A stretch of DNA of 64,000 nt, taken from contig OX597817.1 of NCBI GenBank assembly GCA_951406725.2, positions 40,920,001 to 40,984,000 of the forward strand, given 5' to 3'. This DNA is from Octopus vulgaris. Lineage: Eukaryota. Positions 1 to 11,903 of this stretch are shown here, in pieces (the first letter of the stretch is position 1; the number at the start of each line of letters is the position of its first letter). The notes under the pieces were generated by a model. That model was not told where the DNA came from and searched no databases. It was given only the letters and a program-made list of their open reading frames with translations. A program made the position numbers and the translations under genes.

Positions 1-1334
1 CAGAGTTTCTACTGCTGGATGCCCTTCCTAACACCAACCACTCCAAGAGTGTAGTGGGTGCTTTTACGTGCCACCGGCACGAGGGCCAGTCTGGTGGTAC
101 TAGCAACGGCCACACTCAAATGGTGTTTGTTATGTGCCACCTGCACAGGAGTCAGTCCAGCGGCACTGACAATGACCTCGTTCAAATGTTTTGTTTACGT
201 GCCAGTAAGGCGATGCTGGTAACGATCATGCTCAAATGGTGCTTTTTACATGTCACCGGCAAAGAGTATTATTGAAGCACCTGTGCCAGGTATCAGTCAC
301 CTGTGCTAGTACTGTGTATAAGGTACCTAGGCTGAAAGGATGTAAGGCAATGTCAGCCATGGCAAAATTTAAACTCAGAACGTTAAGGTAAACAAAATGC
401 CACTAAGCATTTTTGCCCAGCATGCTAACAGTCCTGCCAGCTCTCCACTGTGTGGTTGATATTGATTTATCTTTCTCGGTCAACTTTTTTACCAATTGAC
501 CAGTGTGCCAGCTGTCACCATTTTTTTTTTTTTTTTTTTTTGCATTAATTAGTTTTAGAATTGAATTTCCTAATATTGAAAATCCCAGTTATCTGGACAT
601 TAAGCTCTTAGCTCTGATCAGATGGAGCTGTGATTAAACAGTAGGCTCAGTTTTGAGGGAGATTGCTATTTCTAGCATATCAGTTGACTACTGATAAACT
701 CCGTCATAGATTATATAAATGGAATATGGTGAGAGAAGAGAATAAATATTAAAAATCAATTTTTAAAAAGGAATACTTGAATTTGGGGGCAGAAATTATT
801 AAAAACATATTAAATGGAAATAAAAGCTTGTATAGGAAATTCAGGAAATTTTAAATAAATGCACAAGCATGGCTGTGTGGTTAAGAAGCTTGCTTGCCAA
901 CCATTTGGTCTTGGGTTCAGTCCCACTGCATAGCACTTTGAGAAAGTGTCTTCTAATATAGCCCTGGACTGACCAAAGCGTTGTGAGTGGATTTGGTAGA
1001 TAACGGCTGAAAGAAGCTTATTATATGTAATGTGTATATATTTTGTGCTTGTGTCTACCCTTGTTAAACACTTGATGACTGTAAATGAGAATCATCATCT
1101 TACAAGTAAAGTGGTTTGTTTCCAGTATTCTGTGAAAAACATCTGATGGGAAAATACTAGCTTGGTTGGAAAGAGCTGAGGGTCGGTAACAAGAAGCGCA
1201 AACCAGCTGTAGTAAATCTGCCTCAACAAATTTTGTCTTATCCATTCTAGCATGGAAAACAAAATAATTGACTTTTAGTTGTGTCTCCCTGTTTTTATGT
1301 TTTATTTCTGATTTCTCCTTTCTCTTACGTTAAG

Positions 1335-1455
1335 GTCAAGAATCAGACTACAAACTTTGGCTTGCTCACAGTTCCCGTTGGAAGAACACAGAAGAAAATA
1401 CAGGATGTTTACTTGGTTTAAAGACTTCATTCTACCGGCTCCGTCCGGAATCTTG
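1335..1455 (+). CDS. SORT1: Sortilin (Vps10p-domain receptor) internal exon, start of 10CC module: (C)QESDYKLWLAHSSRWKNTEENTGCLLGLKTSFYRLRPES(W)
   Basis: Pyrimidine tract then taag|GT CAA; donor TCTTG|gtaaaa; 121 nt. Translation aligns by eye with sortilin CEEKDYTIWLAHS...GCILGYKEQFLRLRK. Upstream exons lie outside the window. Confidence 0.92.
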
Positions 1456-3011
1456 GTAAAATTTAATACTTGGATTTTTTTTTTTTTTAGAAGAAAATAT
1501 TTTATTCTCTACAATTTAATGACTACACTTAAAAGAAATTTGTTTTTATATACCTTATTCTTTGGAATTGACATCTGATGAACAAAATGCAAAGTTCATA
1601 TTTTAATATAATTGTTGAAGTCTTTGTAGATATATATTAATAATTAACTGATATACTATTTATCATTATACTACACATTTAGAAACTAAATCTTTTCATT
1701 TTTTATTAAGATTTATTCCTATTATTGGGCTGTTAGATAAATTTGGTTATTTTTGTTCTATTTGGCACTACATCATCCGATGTCTGAAATAAGGTAAAAT
1801 TTATTCAAATTTCAAAAATGACAAATAAAAATGGTAGAGGAAGAATTGTGCTACAAGGGGAAAAAAGAAACAGAATCTTTGATAGAAATATTTTTTATGT
1901 TAATTCAGATAACATTACAGAGTTAAAATAAATGGGAGGAAAAATAGTATTTGACTACTCAATATTTCTTTAAATGGTTTCATTATTTGAAGCACAATAG
2001 TAAATTGAAACTGCATCTGAGAATGAAAAACATATCTGTTCCATTTAATAATTTGCCAGTATAACTGTCTCTGCATCTAAAACTGCAGATTGATTGGATC
2101 GGTTATTAACCCTTAAATGGCAGGAAACCATTGCTTGTGTGTGACAAGTGAGCAAAGAGAAAAAAATATACATCTTTTTTTTTTTTATTTAAGGGTAATA
2201 GTTATACTTAATTTCACTTTAAATAGGTACAGAAACTATGAAAATGATATTTTGATTCTCTTAGATTATATATATAAAAAATACAAAAGAGCAACAAAAT
2301 CATTTGAACATAAATTCATGTGAGATTCCTACGTTGTTGTTGTTGTCAAATGAATGTACAAATGGAGAAAAATTGGTGCATCCAGATCTGGTTGAATCAT
2401 CACTTCTGTTCTACTTAGAGCATCATCATCATCTACCTCATCTGATGGTGAGGGAAAGTCAGAAAATCTTTTCCCATTTCTGTATAAACATTCCAGTTGC
2501 GAATTTCTCCCATTAATAACGGCCACTTAAACTTAGATACATTTGACAAAGTAGACTCTCAGGTGTCAATTGATGATGCCCACTAATTAACCCAGGGCAG
2601 TTGAGTTTTATCCTCACCCCACCCATTTTTCTGCTTTTGAGTACATGGGCATGTAATTAAGAGATTTACTTTGTAACCATTTGGTTCCTGGTTTGATCCC
2701 ACTGTGTGGCACTCAACCCTATATTACACCATGATTTCTTTTGCATCAGTGGTCTAATATTGTTATAAATTGTGTTTTTTGTTGGTGGGGTGTTTCTCTA
2801 ATTTTTTAAAAAACTATATCAACTACCATAGGCACAGGAGTGGCTGTGTGGTAAGTAGCTTACTTACCATCCACGTGGTTCTGGGTTCAGTCCCACTGCG
2901 TGACACCTTGGGCAAGTGTCTTCTACTATAGCCTCAGGCCGACCAAAGCCTTGTGAATGGATTTGGTAGAGCGAAACTGAAAGAAGCCCGTCACATATAT
3001 ACATATATATA

Positions 3012-4606
3012 CTAGCAGTATCGCCCGGCGTTGCTCGGGTTGTAAGGGAAATAACTATATAAGCATTTTTAGAGAGTTATAGCCAAAAAGTAGCAAAAAA
3101 ATGCATTAAAAATTGAAAAAAATTAAGGTAAATTTTTCTTTAAATCGTTGACACATCGTAGATATTTTTAGAGAGTTACTTCCCTTATATAAAAGCGAAA
3201 AAATGCATTAAAATGGAAAAATATGATGGTAATTTTTTTTTAAATCGTAGACTCATCGTAGACGCGCGCTAATACCCAGAAGGGCTCGTTTGTTATTCTG
3301 GGTAACTTTCTGTAAAATTATTAAAATTTTGTTCAAACATCGCTATAGAAAATGGGTTATTAGCTAATATTCAATTGGGTGTACAACAAAATTTTACGAT
3401 AGAATTTGTTATTCTGGGTAACTTTCTGTAAAATTATTAAAATTTTGTTCAAACATCGCTATAGAAAATGGGTTATTAGCTAATATTCAATTGGGTATAC
3501 AACAAAATTTTACGATAGAATTTGTTATTCTGGGTAACTTTCTGTAAAATTATTAAAATTTTGTTCAAACATCGCTATAGAAAATGGGTTATTAGCTAAT
3601 ATTCAATTGGGTATACAACAAAATTTTACAATAGAATTTGTTATTCTGGGTAACTTTCTGTAAAATTATTAAAATTTTGTTCAAACATCGCTATAGAAAA
3701 TGGGTTATTAGCTAATATTCAATTGGGTATACAACAAAATTTTACGATAGAATTTGTTATTCTGGGTAACTTTCTGTAAAATTATTAAAATTTTGTTCAA
3801 ACATCGCTATAGAAAATGGGTTATTAGCTAATATTCAATTGGGTATACAACAAAATTTTACAATAGAATTTGTTATTCTGGGTAACTTTCTGTAAAATTA
3901 TTAAAATTTTGTTCAAACATCGCTATAGAAAATGGGTTATTAGCTAATATTCAATTGGGTATACAACAAAATTTTACAATAGAATTTGTTATTCTGGGTA
4001 ACTTTCTGATACCCATAATAATATTTATGGCAAAATAGGCCTTAATTTCATTTAAGATTGTGGGAAATAACAAACTATCCTTTCTTTCGGTTTGTTTACG
4101 TTTAGCGTAATGATTTCAAATAGGCTCATTCGAAAAAGTAAATAGAAATAGTCTAAGGCTTTACTCTTCTGGGAAAGTCAGTGGCTTGGTCCAGTTTCTT
4201 CAGAAAACTCACCGAAAGAAACAGTTTTTAAATTTTCACTCCATTCAGGTACCAATTCGTTTTCTTTATCGCTGTCGGATTCACTGTTTTCACTTTAATA
4301 GCTGCCAACTTGCAAAACAAAGGAGGAGAAGGGTGATAGCGTCAGTGAAACAATTCGCTCCCTTTGTGTGTGTGTGCGTTTGCGTGTGGTGTAAACCAGA
4401 CTAAGAAAAACATTTGACACGCACACCAGAATGTGAGTTTTCTGTAAATTTTGCTTAATTGGAGTTTAAATTTTAAAAACTGGACCTGGCATGACGCGAT
4501 GCATTGTACTCTTAAAATTGCTAGGTAAATTGTAATTGAAGAAATCCTATATTGTAGATTTGTATAACTCCCAAAGGGAGGCAGATAAAATCTGCCTTTT
4601 ATAATA

Positions 4607-4611
<5 letters not shown>
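3012..4611 (-). mobile_element. Non-autonomous Helitron with an internal tandem array
   Basis: On the minus strand it reads A|TC...cccgagcaacgccgggcgatactgCTAG|T: 5' TC, subterminal GC hairpin, 3' CTAG, AT target and no TSD. Confidence 0.85.
3289..4008. repeat. 116-bp tandem repeat, about 6.2 near-identical units
   Basis: Unit tttgttattctgggtaactttctg... starts at 3289, 3405, 3521, 3637, 3753, 3869 and 3985. Confidence 0.97.
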
Positions 4612-4654
<43 letters not shown>

Positions 4655-5775
4655 GTGTGTATATGTTTGTGTGTCTGTGTTTGTTCCCCCAACATTGCTT
4701 GACAACTGATGCTGGTGTGTTTACATCCCCGTAACTTAGCGTTTTAGCAATAGAGACCGATAGAATAAGTCCTGGGGTTGATTTGCTCGACTAAAAGCGG
4801 TGCTCCAGCATGGCCACAATCAAATGACTGAAACAAGTAAAAGAGTACCATGTTTATTCATAGCATGGGTACCACATATGAGTTTTGTAATACAAAACAA
4901 ATATTATATTCATTCTGTACTGTAGTAGTCATCAGTGAAACACATTAAAGTGTTAAAATGTCCATTATACTTCCATTTTGGGATTTTCTTTTCCCAGTTA
5001 TAATTTTTTACAGATCATCTTATGTAAGTCTTAATGGCTCCTTTTTCACAAAAATTATTTCATAGAGGGCAGCACTCGATATATGGAGATGTCAGTGACT
5101 TGCACCCTTCTATGTTCTATCTCAGCTTCTATTGTTTCAAATTCAAAACCATCTGAGAAACAAAGAAACATGCATTCTGTACATTTCTTAAGATTTAAAT
5201 AATGTAGTTTGAACTACAGCAATGTAAGGCTCTGCAAAAAGACTTGCCACTGGGAGTCACCAGTGACTCCCATGGTATATTAAGACTATAGCTTAAGGGA
5301 TCACCAGTGACTCCCATGGTAGGCAGTGTTAAGTATGTGTCTACATACATACTCTTACATCCAAGACAGTGTAGACAGAACTTTTGCAGAAGCTTGTGAT
5401 ATTGTACCTATTTTTGGGTGATTGACCTAATATTGTCACTTAACTCCACTGCTTTTGCTCATCAAATGCTTTTAACATTAACACAGTTCAGGCTGGAGGA
5501 CATCTTGATATTCTGATTTTCTACATGTTACTTTAGCAACCCAAAATTCTTGGTTTTATTTTCTTTTTTTTCTCTACCTCCGCTCCTCAACTAATTTTGG
5601 TGACCTTTAGTAAGTAATGTATACTGACTAAACTTTAAAAGAAGCTGAAATTTAATAGTTTTTTTTTTTTTTATTTATTTTGGCCTTTTTTTTTCTCTGT
5701 GCTTTTTTTGTTCAAAAATATTTTCTTGTTCATTTCTCCTAACTATTATTGTTTGATAATTTATCTGTCTTGTAG

Positions 5776-5850
5776 GTGTTACAACGGCCACAATCATATA
5801 AATAAGAATGAAACAAAAGTGTGTCCGTGTACACGGTCAGATTATCAATG
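5776..5850 (+). CDS. SORT1: Sortilin exon: (W)CYNGHNHINKNETKVCPCTRSDYQ(C)
   Basis: tcttgtag|G TGT ... CAA TG|gttagt; 75 nt; phase matches the previous exon. CxC..DYxC motif of the 10CC module. Confidence 0.93.
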
Positions 5851-6384
5851 GTTAGTAAACATTTCGTCTATAAATATTTATCATTTTTACAAGTCAGTAT
5901 TTTGTTATGCTTATTACAATATATTACACATACGCCTATGTGCAAACACACAGAAATTATGAATATCTCTTTCTCCCTCCCTCCCTTTCTCTCCCTCTCT
6001 CTCTCTTTCTATATATATATAGGGTGCCAAGAGCACCATCCGAGCGTGATCGTTGCCAGAGCAGCCAACTGGCTCCGTACTGGCAGCACTTAAAAGGGCA
6101 TCATTCGAGTGTGATCGTTACCAACGTCGCCTTACTGGCACCTGTGCTGGTGGCATGTGTAAAAAGATTCGAGTGAGGTCATTGCCGGTACCACCTGACT
6201 GGCCCCGTGCCGGTGGCACATAAAAAGCACCCACTACACTTTCAGAGTGGTTGATGTTAGGAAGGGCATTCAGCTGTAGAAACTCTGCCAGATCAAGATT
6301 GGAGCCTGGTGCGGCCGTCTGGTTTGCCAGCCCTCAGTCAAAATCGTCCAACCCATGCTAGCATGGAAGGCGGACGTTAAACGA

Positions 6385-6427
<43 letters not shown>

Positions 6428-7800
6428 CACACATACATATATGTGTGTGTGAGTGACCGAATCTCCTGTCAAAGACAAGGTATGAGGGTTCAGTTTTTGT
6501 TGAATGACCTGCACAAATAATTTGTTTATGGTGATCAAATGTATGTGGAGTACATTAGCTCACTCCCTCCATCAAATCAATGTTACCTGAACAGGTGCAC
6601 AATGTACCACATATCAAGTGTCAAAGTGATTGCAGGGCAACAAGAGGTGAAGTATTTTGCCCAGGAATACAATGTACCACCTAGTCCGGGAATTGAAACC
6701 ACAACTTTATGATCGTGAGTGCACCACCCTATCCTCTAGGCCATGAACCCAGTGGTTAGAATATATATATATATATTTATTATCATCATCATCATCATTG
6801 TTTAACGTCTGCCTTCCATATTAGCATGGGTAGGATGGTTTGGCAGAAGCCTGCACCAGACTTCTATAACTATTTTGGGAGGATTTTTATTGCTGGATGC
6901 CCTTCCTAATACCAACCACCAAGCTTAGTGGACTTAGTGCTTTGTACATGGCACAAGCACAGGTGAGGTCCGTTTTGACAAGGTTTTTACAGCTTCCAAA
7001 CATCAACCACGTTACAGTGTAGACTGGATGCTTTCTAAGTGACGTCTGCACTGACAGGATCACCAAGTAACCTATAAGACAAAAATCTTTTGAATGGGTA
7101 GGGGGCATTGGAGGAGATGATCTTGTGTCAGATGACGAAAGGTTATAGTGAGACAGAGAGAGACAGAAACAGGTGTCTTGTTGTAGAGGAGGTACAAGGT
7201 TACCTGGCCAGAGAGAGAGAGAGAGAGAGAGATTAGCAATGAGGACAGAAACAGATGTGCTGCTGCAAAGGAGATATATGGTTACCCAACCTGAGGGAAG
7301 TTTAGAAGGACAGTAGGGATTTACTATGCATATCGATGTGCACATTGTATTTTGTGATGGTCATTTCCCTTTTTTTTTCTTTTTTTTTTACCAAATAAAC
7401 ACATGCACTATATATTTTTTTTCTTCACTCATTTATTACTGTTTTTATTGTATTATTTTAGCTCATGTCCATTGTCCACAAATCTTTCGTCACACATCTG
7501 TGACCTCTTCACCAACATTTTTCATTTAAATGTTCTTGCTCCACTTACTCCATTCTCCGTTGATAACAGTAAAATTAAAATAAAAATTATAGAAAAGAAG
7601 AAAAGATTCTGTTTGAATTTCTTCCAAGATACAGACCATAGAGATGATACTATTACAAAGAATCTTGTCTTGAATGATAGTTTAATTCTTGTTGTAGAAA
7701 CCAATACTGCAGCTTTAGAACACATCAGTAATCAACAATAACACATCTGTGTCCTGCATTACCATCATTTATGAATATTATATATTTTATTTTATTCTAG

Positions 7801-7911
7801 TGACTATGGTTATGAAGCTGATATGAATCAGAATTGCAAGCGAGGTGTTCCAGTTGGTCGGGATATAGATATATGTATACGAGGTCATGAAGAGAAAATA
7901 GTTAGTGAAGG
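7801..7911 (+). CDS. SORT1: Sortilin exon: (C)DYGYEADMNQNCKRGVPVGRDIDICIRGHEEKIVSE(G)
   Basis: ttctag|T GAC TAT GGT ... GAA GG|gtaagt; 111 nt. Matches the CD(F/Y)GY...C...C..G.EE pattern of 10CC-b. Confidence 0.93.
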
Positions 7912-8557
7912 GTAAGTTTAAACTGGCCATATCCAGCCAAAATATTTTCCATGTTTTATGTTCAAAGCAGTCAGATCCAGCCTTGCACACCTGCCCTACA
8001 ATATCATTCTAGAAAATTAAGAATCACATCAAGATATTGTAACCATGAGATAATGCATGATTAATTCAAAACAATGTGAATAAGTAAGCTTTTCATTTGA
8101 CAGAGCTGACTATTAAAGGATTAAATCAGATACTATAAAATAAATTCTTCAGGCATAGCTGTGTGGTAAGAAGCTTGCTTCCCAGCGCCATGGTCTGGGT
8201 TCAGTCCCGCTGAAAGGAACTTTGAGCAGGTGTCTTCTATAGCCTCAGGCCAACCAAAGCCTTGTGAGTGAATTTGGTACACAGGAACTGAAAGAAGTTT
8301 ATTGTATGTTTGTGTGTGTGTTTGTCCCCATCCACCGCTTGACAACTGGCATTGATGTTTATGTGCCTTTAACTTAGCAGTTCAGCAAAAGAGACTGATA
8401 ATATCAGGCTTTAGAAAAAAGAAGTACTGAGGTTGATTCATTTGACTAAGATCCTTTAAGGTGGTGCCCCAGCATGGCTGCAGACTGAAACAAGTAAAAA
8501 ATAAAAAAGATATGTCTTTCTTAAATGTAAAGCTGTTTTTGTTTCCATTTCTTGCAG

Positions 8558-8666
8558 ATATAGAAAAATTCCTGGTGATAAATGTTCTTGTGAAAATTCG
8601 AAATGTTTTAAACCAAACACTAAGAAAATAGACTTGGGTGTTCTATGTCATTCCAGAATACAACTT
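8558..8666 (+). CDS. SORT1: Sortilin exon: (G)YRKIPGDKCSCENSKCFKPNTKKIDLGVLCHSRIQL
   Basis: cttgcag|A TAT AGA AAA ATT CCT GGT GAT AAA TGT ... CTT|gtaagt; 109 nt. GYRKIPGDKC is the hallmark Vps10p/sortilin motif. Confidence 0.96.
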
Positions 8667-8909
8667 GTAAGTAATTTACTTCTTTTAGATCCCATTTCAT
8701 CTGCCATTACCTCTCTCGTTCTCGCAATTCTTATGCAGTGAGTGCTCTCTATCAGTTGCCATTTTGTCAAATATTTTGCATATGCACAATCAGTGATTTT
8801 TTTTCCCCCCTCTAAATAAGCTACCATTAATAAATATGTGAATATGAAAATTTCAGGCAAAAGACACTGCATATCTATATAAAAATTATCTTATGTTACA
8901 TATGTTACT

Positions 8910-9211
8910 GTGGAGGTGCAATGGCCCAGTGGTTAGGGCTGCGGACTCGCGGTCGTAGGATCATGGTTTCGATTCCCAGACTGGGCGTTGTGAGTGAGCG
9001 AAAACACCTAAAGCTTCACGAGGCTCCGGCAGGGGGTGGTAGCGATCCCTGCTGTACTCTTTCACCACAATTTTCTCTCATTTTTCTGTTGACCTGCGCG
9101 CTTAGCCAACGGGGTGGCGTCATTTGAAGGCTAAAACAATGCGAAGCGCATTGTGACCAGCGATGTGTAGCAACATTTGATAGCCTGGTCGATCACGGTT
9201 ATCACGGTGAT
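8910..9211 (+). mobile_element. tRNA-derived SINE family D, tail type 1
   Basis: ggaggtgcaatggcccagtggttaggg...gtttcgattccc head; TSD ATATGTTACT at 8900-8909 and 9212-9221. Confidence 0.85.
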
Positions 9212-9843
9212 ATATGTTACTAGAGAATTCTTCTTTAGATTGAAAACATGAGGAAAAACGTAGTGAAAACGAGAGTTGAGTTTTGTCAGAAATCAAGCCC
9301 ATTAAGTTGATTTTGAAAGGGTCTAATGGCAGAGTTTGATCAAGCTAGAATTTGGAAGAAGTGATTAGTTCAAGCCTGAGAATGTTGTTCTATCGATATA
9401 CGATCGTTATGTGGCTTGAATTAACGATATCATGCTTCACACCTCAAGACTTCAGTCCTGTAGAATTATCTCCCTTGCACAAGTTGCAAACTAAATAAAT
9501 AAATAAAATTGTTAACTTAAATAATATAGAAGTTGCCATCGTAATTTATAAACTTTCGAGAGAATGTGAAAAAAATTCTTTTCTTTGAATAGTGGATCTC
9601 AAAGTCGATTATAAAGCTATAACTAATGACATATAAATATTGTGTTGTAATATCCGTTTTTGATATAAAATCAAAGGTAGCCTTTGACATTTTTTTCTCT
9701 ATCCAAAATGTGTTCTTCAGCTCAGTATTTATATATTATTAGTTATAGCTTTATCATCTGCTTCGGGATCCACTATTCCAAAAATATAAGTAATTATATT
9801 TTAACATGTGAAATAATATATCATTTACTTCATCTAATTTCAG

Positions 9844-9968
9844 ATCTATCTGCCCTTGTCAGAGTCTGCAGCAAATTATGTTGTAGCTGCCATTGTTGTG
9901 GTCATCCTTGTTTTAGTTCTTGCTATGTCAATATTTTTCATTCACAAGTTATGCCTTTTACGCAGACA
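9844..9968 (+). CDS. SORT1: Sortilin transmembrane exon: IYLPLSESAANYVVAAIVVVILVLVLAMSIFFIHKLCLLRR(H)
   Basis: tttcag|ATC ... AGA CA|gtaaga; 125 nt; phase-0 start. A hydrophobic helix of about 22 residues is followed by basic residues and a juxtamembrane Cys. Confidence 0.92.
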
Positions 9969-10089
9969 GTAAGACATATTTTCTTTATATATTAAAACAT
10001 AACTTTTTGTGGGTGTGTCTTTCTTTACCAATCTGTTTTAAACCCAATCTTTTTTAAACATAAAAATTCAGAATTTTCATGGTCATGTT

Positions 10090-10492
10090 TACTCTTTTAC
10101 TTGTTTCGGTCATTTGACTGCGGCCATGCTGGAGCATCGCCTTTAGTCAAGCAAATCGACCCCAGGACTTATTCTTTGGAAGCTTAGTACTTATTCTATC
10201 GGTCTCTTTTGCCGAACTGCTAAGTTACAGGGACGTTAGCACACCAGCATCGGTTGTCAAGTGATGTTGGGGGGAACAAACATAGACACACAAAACACAC
10301 ACATATATATATATATACATATATACGACGGGCTTCTTTCAGTTTCCATCTACCAAATCCACTCACAAGGCTTTGGTCGGCCCAAGGCTAATAGTAGAAG
10401 ACACTTGCCCAAGGTGCCACGCAGTGGGACTGAACCTGGAACCATGTGGTTGGTAAGCAAGCTACTTACCACACAGCCACACCTGCGCCTAT
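10090..10492 (-). mobile_element. SINE family A, full-length copy
   Basis: Reverse complement of the family A head, body and tail, with internal (TA)/(CA) tract. Confidence 0.88.
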
Positions 10493-10879
10493 AAGTTTGC
10501 TAATTTACTTTATTGTTTGATACTAAAATAATTAAGGGTTGGTGAATTGGTAGGATTAGTTGAGCAACAAACAAAATACTAAATGCCACAAGGGGATTTA
10601 GATAACGTTTCCTTATGTTCTGAGCTCAAATCCTGCTAAAGTTGGCTTTGCCTTTCATCTTTCTTGGGCCAATAAAATAAGTGCCAGTTTGGTACTGATG
10701 TCATTTTAACTAACTTCTCACCTTCTGCCCCAATTTGAGGGGTTTTATCTGAGTTTGAAACTCATATATTGTAACAAGTAAATTTAGTTAATTATAATAG
10801 TTGCATATGTGGTGGAGTGGTTATAAAGTTTTCTCAGCAACCACATAGTTTTGGGTTCAGTCCTATTGTGCAGCACCTT

Positions 10880-11190
10880 TGTGGCTTAGTGGTTAGGATA
10901 TTTGGTTCATGATCATAAGATCTTGAGTTCAATTCCTGGCAGCATATTGCGTCTTTCAGAAGACATTTTATTTCACATTGCTCCAGTCCATTTAGCTGGT
11001 AATAATGAATAATACCTGTAATTCAAAGGGGCCAACCTTGTCACACTCTGTGTTAGGCTGAACCTCCTTGAGAACTACATTAAGGGTTTGTGTGTCTGGA
11101 TTATTCGGCCACTTGCACATTAATTTTGCAAGCAAGCTGTTCCAATGATCAAATTAAATGAAACACTTGTTATAATAACCAATGGAGAGC
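10880..11190 (+). mobile_element. tRNA-derived SINE family E
   Basis: gtggcttagtggttagg...gagttcaattcc head. Homologous copies lie at about 48975-49290 (+) and 56775-57070 (-); a related head with a V-like tail lies at 35820-36062 (-). Confidence 0.72.
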
Positions 11191-11903
11191 CAGGCAGCAC
11201 CTTGAGCACATGTCTTCTACTATAGCCCTGAACTAACCACTGTCTTCGTGGGTAGAATTTATAGATGGGAATTGTATGGAAATCTCTGTGTATATAAATG
11301 TTAGCACTGATTGTGTTTGCTTGTTGCCATCTGAGTGAAATGGGGATGTGATATTTACATTTCTTCTTCATATTTTGACTGGTCGCTCTGTACAATCAGA
11401 TTAGTTATCTAAAAATCCCTTACTTGAAAAAGAGATAGGGGTTAGCAACAAAGAAGGAATCATCATCACCATCATCATCATTTGACATCCATTGTCCATG
11501 CTGGCATTGGTTGGACAGGTTGACTGGGCTGGCACGCGGGAAGGTTGCACCAGGATCCAGTCTGATTTGGCATGGTTTTCTATAGCTTGCTAATGCCAAC
11601 CACTCCAAGAGTGCAATGGATGCTTTTACATGCCACTGGCACAGGTGCCATTTGCATGACACTGGTATCTGCCATGACAGCAATTTTGCTCAGCTTGATG
11701 GATCTTCTCAAGCACAACATAATGCCAAAGGTCTTGGTCATTGCCAGCTATGAAATGCTGCCTCGAATAAGTCCCCATAACAGAGAGAGAGACAGACAGA
11801 CATTTGAGGAAGGTACATGGTTGTAATAGCCAGCGTAGCATAATTGACTGAAAACCATGAGTCTTTTAATATTTTAATGTTTTTTTTAAATTTATCTTTT
11901 CAG

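Larger units (their letters stand above)
2830..4845 (+). mobile_element. tRNA-derived SINE (family A) split by a Helitron insertion
   Basis: Head ggagtggctgtgtggtaagtagc...gggttcagtccc at 2830-3010; body and tail resume at 4612-4845 (...tgactgaaacaagtaaaagag). TACCAT direct repeats at 2824-2829 and 4846-4851. Confidence 0.85.

Noticed and set aside
1357-1578. ORF MACSQFPLEEHRRKY... overlapping the first sortilin exon
   Set aside because: Wrong frame; another frame gives the sortilin match and joins the next exon in phase.
3289-4008. Regular repeat array that could be mistaken for CRISPR
   Set aside because: The units are contiguous with no unique spacers, there are no cas genes, and the context is a eukaryotic Helitron.
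8912-8985. tRNA-like sequences at SINE heads (also 31787, 46318, 49309)
   Set aside because: They continue into SINE bodies, mostly with TSDs, and lack a proper acceptor stem; they are not tRNA genes.
9684-9995. Cys-rich 103-aa ORF
   Set aside because: An alternative frame over the sortilin TM exon plus intron.
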